From assembly GCA_001000865.1 (NCBI GenBank), contig LCIE01000005.1, positions 1 through 52,915 of the forward strand: a stretch of DNA of 52,915 bases, written 5' to 3'. The notes beneath the pieces are model-generated. The model was not told where the DNA came from. It searched no databases and saw nothing but the letters and a program-made list of their open reading frames with translations. The position numbers and the translations under genes were made by a program. The stretch is from Candidatus Collierbacteria bacterium GW2011_GWC2_44_18. Its GTDB lineage: Bacteria > Patescibacteriota > Microgenomatia > UBA1400 > MFAQ01. Numbering within the stretch: position 1 is the stretch's first letter; each line of letters starts with the position of its first letter. Positions 48,369 to 52,915 of the stretch are shown piece by piece.

Positions 48369-50675
48369 TTAGAATATTTTTGTTGAAAGTGACACTGTTG
48401 TTGTCTTGAGGGCGTAAGTTTTTGGCAATGTATAGGAGATGAAACCGTAGTTTGCCCTGTTATATATTACCAGTTTACCGTCTACGAATAATAGCAGGTT
48501 TTGGTCGAAAGGCATGGATATTAAAAGAGTATCCTCAGAATCGGCTTCTACGCTGGCAGAAAATACCGGTGGTAATTGGGGGGCGTATGAGCGAATTGTT
48601 TGTGGAGACTGGACTGTATCTGAGGCGACCATAAATTTACGGAAATCTTTTCCCTCTAGGGCGAACTTTTCGACAAGCCTGAGCTGAGCATCTTTACTAT
48701 TTTCAATTACAACTTCGGGGTTGTGTAGTACCTCTATCCTTTTGAAATAATCTGTGTTTTGATAGACGGAAAATATTTTACCAGGGGGGCAGGGTACCCA
48801 CGCTACTGATCCTGGACAGAAATAGTCAGTGTCTTCAGGGCTTACTTTGTAGGTAAAAACCTGTTTGTATCCGGGCCAGTTAAAAGTTTCGTCTGAAACA
48901 ACATACTTTTGATTCATAAATCCAGCAATCTTGGAATAAGAGGCTGTTTGAGCGTGCTTCGCGAGAAGTTGTTGTAAATTACTAGAGACTTCGGGAATAA
49001 GTGAAGAATACCCGCCTAAATTTTCGACCTCAACAACTTCTGGAGCATAGTTTGCGGGGAGTGGACCTGATGGATAGGATACCCTAAAGATATCTTTGTC
49101 GGTTTTTAAATAGCTGAGATATGAGTTTTGGCTATATGCCCTAGCGGGGTCTAGCGGAGAATTATTTTGCGGAACATGGTGGTTGAAGCGAGTAATGTCG
49201 ACGACGGCAAATAAAGAGAGGAGAAAAACAGGGAAGGTATTTTTCTTTGATCTCACTAAGTAGAGCAAAGCGATTATGATTACCGCAAAAAATAAACCTT
49301 GCAGTAGAATATCTTCTGATTGTTTTTTGAAAAGCGAAATTTCTTGGGCCACCGGTGGGTTCTGAGCCAATGAAGTTCTAAAGTTAATCAGCGGCTGAGA
49401 CACGAGCATCCCAAACACAAACATTGAAATCAAAGAGAGCTGTAGTAGCACGGTACTGATTTTCCTTCTCAGGGTTTGAGTAAGGTTCATAAGTCTGTCT
49501 GTCACCATTGCGACCACCATCGCACCGGATAAAGACACCAGTAGGTTTAACTTTGAGATATTTCTAAACAGCTTTACTCCAGGTACAAAGAGGTAAGACC
49601 AATCATGGAGTAGGGACTCCCCTCCCATACCTAAAATTAGGAAAAGGAAGAAGGAAAAGAAGAAAAAATAATTCTTTCTTGTCTTGATTAAAAAAGGGAA
49701 GAGCGTCAAGGAAATCACAAAAATGGCACCTAGATAGGTCTGAGAGAAGTAACTTTTGACAATGTTCTCTTCGGAATCAAAAAAGTGCGGAATAAAATAA
49801 TCAGTGACAAATATCGGTGAGATGCTTCCCTGAAGTGCCGTATTCGTGTAGCTCATGGTATTTCTGTTCGACCCAGAAGATATAGGCAATTGAAAAAATA
49901 ACGGAACCGAGATGATTACTCCTAATATAAACAAGATAATGACCTGTGTTGATATAACAGCACGGGTTTTAGCTCTAAAATCGACCTCTTTCTTGTGAAC
50001 AAACTCCCAGACAGAAATAAGTATTCCGAAGAGAAATGTGTACAAGGTAATTTGTGGAATGCCTGCCAAAAAGCTCATGGCTAGAGAGACCGCCGCTCCC
50101 AGTAAGGTACCAAAGTGCTTCTTACGAATGAAGCTAACCAGAAAGAAGCAGTATGCCGGTAACCAGACAGACGAGTTTACCAATGATAATGCGTTTATCG
50201 ATACGAAGAAATAGCCACTAAAAGCAAAGGTTATGCCAGCCAATAATGAACCGATGAAGCTGTTTATGAATTTTCGAGCAAAGATATAAGCAAAAAAACC
50301 GGCTAAACCAATATGTAGTACGGCGAGGAACTCGAGTGCTACATAAAAACTAAATGGGTTTAGGGAAAGTAATTTGCCTGCCAAAACCATGAGAAGTACC
50401 GGTGGGTAAAAAATTCCCAGATCGACCCTGCCAATTAGGGAGGACCCCAAAAACTGGTAAGGATCAAAAAAAAGATCTTTCAGGGAGTATTTAACTGCAT
50501 AGAAAAGAATGTTCCAATAATGTACAAAGTCTGATGTAAGGTAAAGGCGTTCTCCTGACGATAACAAAAAAAGTTTCCAGAATACCAAGATAGATAGAAC
50601 GAAAAATAGTATTAGAATGGAAATGTTTGACTTTAAAACTCTTTTCATACGTGGTCTAAATAAACGATACAACAA
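48369..50675 (-). CDS. YfhO-family (GT-C) membrane protein
   Basis: DPYQFLG..L....FYPP, HIGLAG, FAFSGY, LAGIPQ, GGYSSL, RANYGF. Confidence 0.8.
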   Translation of the reverse strand: MLYRLFRPRMKRVLKSNISILILFFVLSILVFWKLFLLSSGERLYLTSDFVHYWNILFYAVKYSLKDLFFDPYQFLGSSLIGRVDLGIFYPPVLLMVLAGKLLSLNPFSFYVALEFLAVLHIGLAGFFAYIFARKFINSFIGSLLAGITFAFSGYFFVSINALSLVNSSVWLPAYCFFLVSFIRKKHFGTLLGAAVSLAMSFLAGIPQITLYTFLFGILISVWEFVHKKEVDFRAKTRAVISTQVIILFILGVIISVPLFFQLPISSGSNRNTMSYTNTALQGSISPIFVTDYFIPHFFDSEENIVKSYFSQTYLGAIFVISLTLFPFLIKTRKNYFFFFSFFLFLILGMGGESLLHDWSYLFVPGVKLFRNISKLNLLVSLSGAMVVAMVTDRLMNLTQTLRRKISTVLLQLSLISMFVFGMLVSQPLINFRTSLAQNPPVAQEISLFKKQSEDILLQGLFFAVIIIALLYLVRSKKNTFPVFLLSLFAVVDITRFNHHVPQNNSPLDPARAYSQNSYLSYLKTDKDIFRVSYPSGPLPANYAPEVVEVENLGGYSSLIPEVSSNLQQLLAKHAQTASYSKIAGFMNQKYVVSDETFNWPGYKQVFTYKVSPEDTDYFCPGSVAWVPCPPGKIFSVYQNTDYFKRIEVLHNPEVVIENSKDAQLRLVEKFALEGKDFRKFMVASDTVQSPQTIRSYAPQLPPVFSASVEADSEDTLLISMPFDQNLLLFVDGKLVIYNRANYGFISYTLPKTYALKTTTVSLSTKIF

Positions 50676-50725
50676 CTTAGCTTCCAGGTCTAGCCAGATA
50701 TGGTTGAATGGTGTTTGGATTCTTG

Positions 50726-51742
50726 TCAGATTATTTTTGGGATACCAATATGGAAAAAAGTAACAAGTTTGTTTGGTAAGAAAGTCATCTGTTTAACAAT
50801 CTCCCAGTCACTAACCTTTCTACGTTTTTGAATAATGATCCTTTCCCTTAGAGTATCATCTATGTTAATGAAGTTCCACCATAGAGAACTGGTTATTTTG
50901 CGAGCAACCCTTGGTTGTCTTGTCATTAGATATAATAGAGCCTCTGCCAGGTTTAATAGGCAAAATAGGGGTAAAATGAAAATAAGTGTCAGGAATTGAT
51001 AGTTTTTAAGTATATTCCTCAAATTATTTTTTTCGACCTCATAGCGCCTAAACTGAGGAACCATGTGCTTGGTTTTGGATAATAGATGAGTAGATGATGA
51101 TGATCCACCTCCGAAATGCTTGATATTAACTTCGTCATAAACCGCCAACTTTTTATCAAACAACCTTGCCCTCCAACTTAAGTCAATATCCTCACTATAC
51201 ATAAAGTACTTTTCATCAAATTTTCCTAAGTCAATAAAGTCTTTTTTTTTGATCATGATAGAGCAACCATCAATATAAAATAGCTTCTTAGACAATCCAG
51301 GTGAGGAAAAAATATCTAAACCCATCTTTTTTCCGCGGGTTACCTCGAACCCATCAAAGTCAACGATCCTTGGACCGAGGATAAAGACTTTTTTGTCCAA
51401 AAGATATTTGGCCATTTTGTTAAGTACGTACGGATCCGGAATCTCTATATCCGTGTTTAGGAAAAACAGAATTTCTCCAGATGCTATTTCCACCCCCTGG
51501 TTATTTGCTTTGCCGAAACCGAGATTTGATTTGTTTTGAATTATTTTAGCCTTGGGAAATAGTTTCTGGGTAATTTTAAGACTGTCGTCGTTAGAATTAT
51601 TGTCGACAAATATCATTTCAACATTGACCCCTTTTTGATTTCGTATCGATTTAAAAAAACCAGGAAGCCACTTTTCACCGTTGAAGTTAACGCTAATCAC
51701 CGACACCGAGGGATTTTTAGTTCTTGAGATAAATTTTGTCAT
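50726..51742 (-). CDS. GT2 glycosyltransferase
   Basis: VNFNG, FVDNNS, NLGFGKANN, FLNTD, MYSEDIDLSWR. Confidence 0.92.
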   Translation of the reverse strand: MTKFISRTKNPSVSVISVNFNGEKWLPGFFKSIRNQKGVNVEMIFVDNNSNDDSLKITQKLFPKAKIIQNKSNLGFGKANNQGVEIASGEILFFLNTDIEIPDPYVLNKMAKYLLDKKVFILGPRIVDFDGFEVTRGKKMGLDIFSSPGLSKKLFYIDGCSIMIKKKDFIDLGKFDEKYFMYSEDIDLSWRARLFDKKLAVYDEVNIKHFGGGSSSSTHLLSKTKHMVPQFRRYEVEKNNLRNILKNYQFLTLIFILPLFCLLNLAEALLYLMTRQPRVARKITSSLWWNFINIDDTLRERIIIQKRRKVSDWEIVKQMTFLPNKLVTFFHIGIPKII

Positions 51743-52674
51743 TTGAATGCAGAAACCTTAATCATGGGCCAGAACAAAGGAGATTTTTTAGCCAAGTAAA
51801 CAAATGGTGCTCTCATAGTTTTGGGTATAAAGTTGAATTCTGGCTCGATTTCAAAGTTTTTTACAGTAGTTTTTCTAAACTTAGCCTCAGTATGGAGTTT
51901 TGTAAGATGACTTGGCAAAAATGATAACTCATACCCAAACACCATATGTTTACCCCTAAGTATGTGGATATGAATAAATTCTGCAAACTGACGTAAAACC
52001 GGGAAATTAGGAATATTTCCCCACACTTGTCGGTAGGTTAATGAACCAATGTTTAAACATGGGACGGTATTTATAGATACGCCGCCTTGTTTAGTGACCC
52101 GATATAACTCAGAAAGACACTTTTTTGTATCGTTAAAGTGTTCGATCACACCTCCCCCATAAATAAGATCCACCGTGTTTGACTTAACAGGTAGTGCTAG
52201 GATATCAGCTTGTATCAAAAGATAATTTTTTATACTTTTTTCATCAAGCATTTTTTTGGCAATCATCAAGGCGTGAGGACAAAAATCGACTCCGACAATC
52301 ATCTTGCATTCATTTGCTATTAATTGTCCAATAAAGAATGGTCCGCAACCGATCTCTAAATAGATTGAGTTTTTTGAAAGCTTTTTTTCTAATTTTATTT
52401 GTGAATAGACGGAGTCAAAGTATCTTTCTTTGTACACCTTAAAATCCTGATAAAAAGTTTGATCATCGAATTGTTTCTTGTAGAGCTCGTCCCACTTTCT
52501 GATTGATAGTTTGATATCATTAGTAGAATCAGACATCATTCTGACATAACCATTCGAAACTGTAAATATTTTTCCACAAGTTTTGCATGTTAGTCTAGTT
52601 CCTGTTTGGCTGACGTCAGACTTGCAGATTGGGCAGCAAATATAATTCAAGATAGTTTTTTTGTCTAGGCTCAT
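51739..52674 (-). CDS. SAM-dependent methyltransferase with an N-terminal Trm112-like Zn-ribbon
   Basis: CPIC..CKTC, LEIGCG, GVDF, GVIEHF. Confidence 0.88.
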   Translation of the reverse strand: MSLDKKTILNYICCPICKSDVSQTGTRLTCKTCGKIFTVSNGYVRMMSDSTNDIKLSIRKWDELYKKQFDDQTFYQDFKVYKERYFDSVYSQIKLEKKLSKNSIYLEIGCGPFFIGQLIANECKMIVGVDFCPHALMIAKKMLDEKSIKNYLLIQADILALPVKSNTVDLIYGGGVIEHFNDTKKCLSELYRVTKQGGVSINTVPCLNIGSLTYRQVWGNIPNFPVLRQFAEFIHIHILRGKHMVFGYELSFLPSHLTKLHTEAKFRKTTVKNFEIEPEFNFIPKTMRAPFVYLAKKSPLFWPMIKVSAFK

Positions 52675-52679
52675 TTGTT

Positions 52680-52913
52680 TTATATTTTATATTCCAGCAT
52701 GTGAAAGGCACAAAACCAGTTGATCAAAGGGAACATGCACAGCCACTCATTTAATTTTTTAACAAAGAAATACTTGTTGTAGAGGTAAGTTGGGAAAAAA
52801 GCATATCTTATTCTTGCATATCTTAAATACACCTCGGATGGTGGCAGGCTGAAGCAAAGCGAAAGCCATGACTCCTCCGAGGTGGATAGTGAAGAATTAG
52901 TCTCAGGAATTTT
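52680..52913 (-). CDS. 3' end of an upstream gene truncated by the window edge (possibly a methyltransferase)
   Basis: Open frame ...YAFFPTYLYNKYFFVKKLNEWLCMFPLINWFCAFHMLEYKI* ending 5 nt before the next ATG. Confidence 0.6.
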   Translation of the reverse strand, partial: KIPETNSSLSTSEESWLSLCFSLPPSEVYLRYARIRYAFFPTYLYNKYFFVKKLNEWLCMFPLINWFCAFHMLEYKI

Positions 52914-52915
52914 AA

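Noticed and set aside
458-48634. Numerous short antisense or alternate-frame ORFs in the track (e.g. 854-1390, 34257-34937)
   Set aside because: Shadows of well-supported genes on the opposite strand or frame, with no motifs.
12739-51250. A/T9 homopolymers (12739, 23928, 24500, 50465, 51242) and G7 (31157) as phase-variation tracts
   Set aside because: Lengths are expected in AT-rich Lys/Phe codons and these tracts do not break the reading frames.

Overview
Chromosomal window from a Patescibacteria/CPR bacterium. The Microgenomates-like assignment is inferred from gene content and protein style. Almost everything is on the minus strand. 220-10305 is a reduced dcw cluster (mraZ-rsmH-ftsL-ftsI-dgkA-mraY-ftsW-murG-ftsQ-ftsA-ftsZ) with no Mur ligases. 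It is followed by a Cys-rich pilin, an inserted tandem Nfu_N gene, a frameshifted lipoprotein, recO and a DUF4012-like protein. 15338-52915 is a ~37 kb surface-glycan locus (priming transferase, ManC, Gmd/Rmd, many GT2/GT4, GT-C membrane transferases, Wzx, Wzy/ligase, methyl- and acetyltransferases), interrupted at 37.9-41.9 kb by Fic, Bro-N, thermonuclease and toxin-antitoxin genes. The most unusual signals are non-coding or sub-genic. (1) A family of GTCAT...ATCYA (dRS3/RPE-like) repeats hosts a ~20-bp CCTGC-CYGCC-N3/4-GGCRG micro-palindrome, which also sits in frame inside rsmH. (2) Orphan duplicated 3' gene ends with mostly synonymous differences bracket the inserted accessory genes. (3) Several genes look internally deleted but keep both ends. 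(4) Two promoters 40 kb apart share an identical TTCGG-N6-TTTGG box, a candidate LexA site. (5) A -10 hexamer sits 6 nt before many start codons, suggesting leaderless transcription. No rRNA, tRNA, CRISPR array, transposase or integrase was seen.
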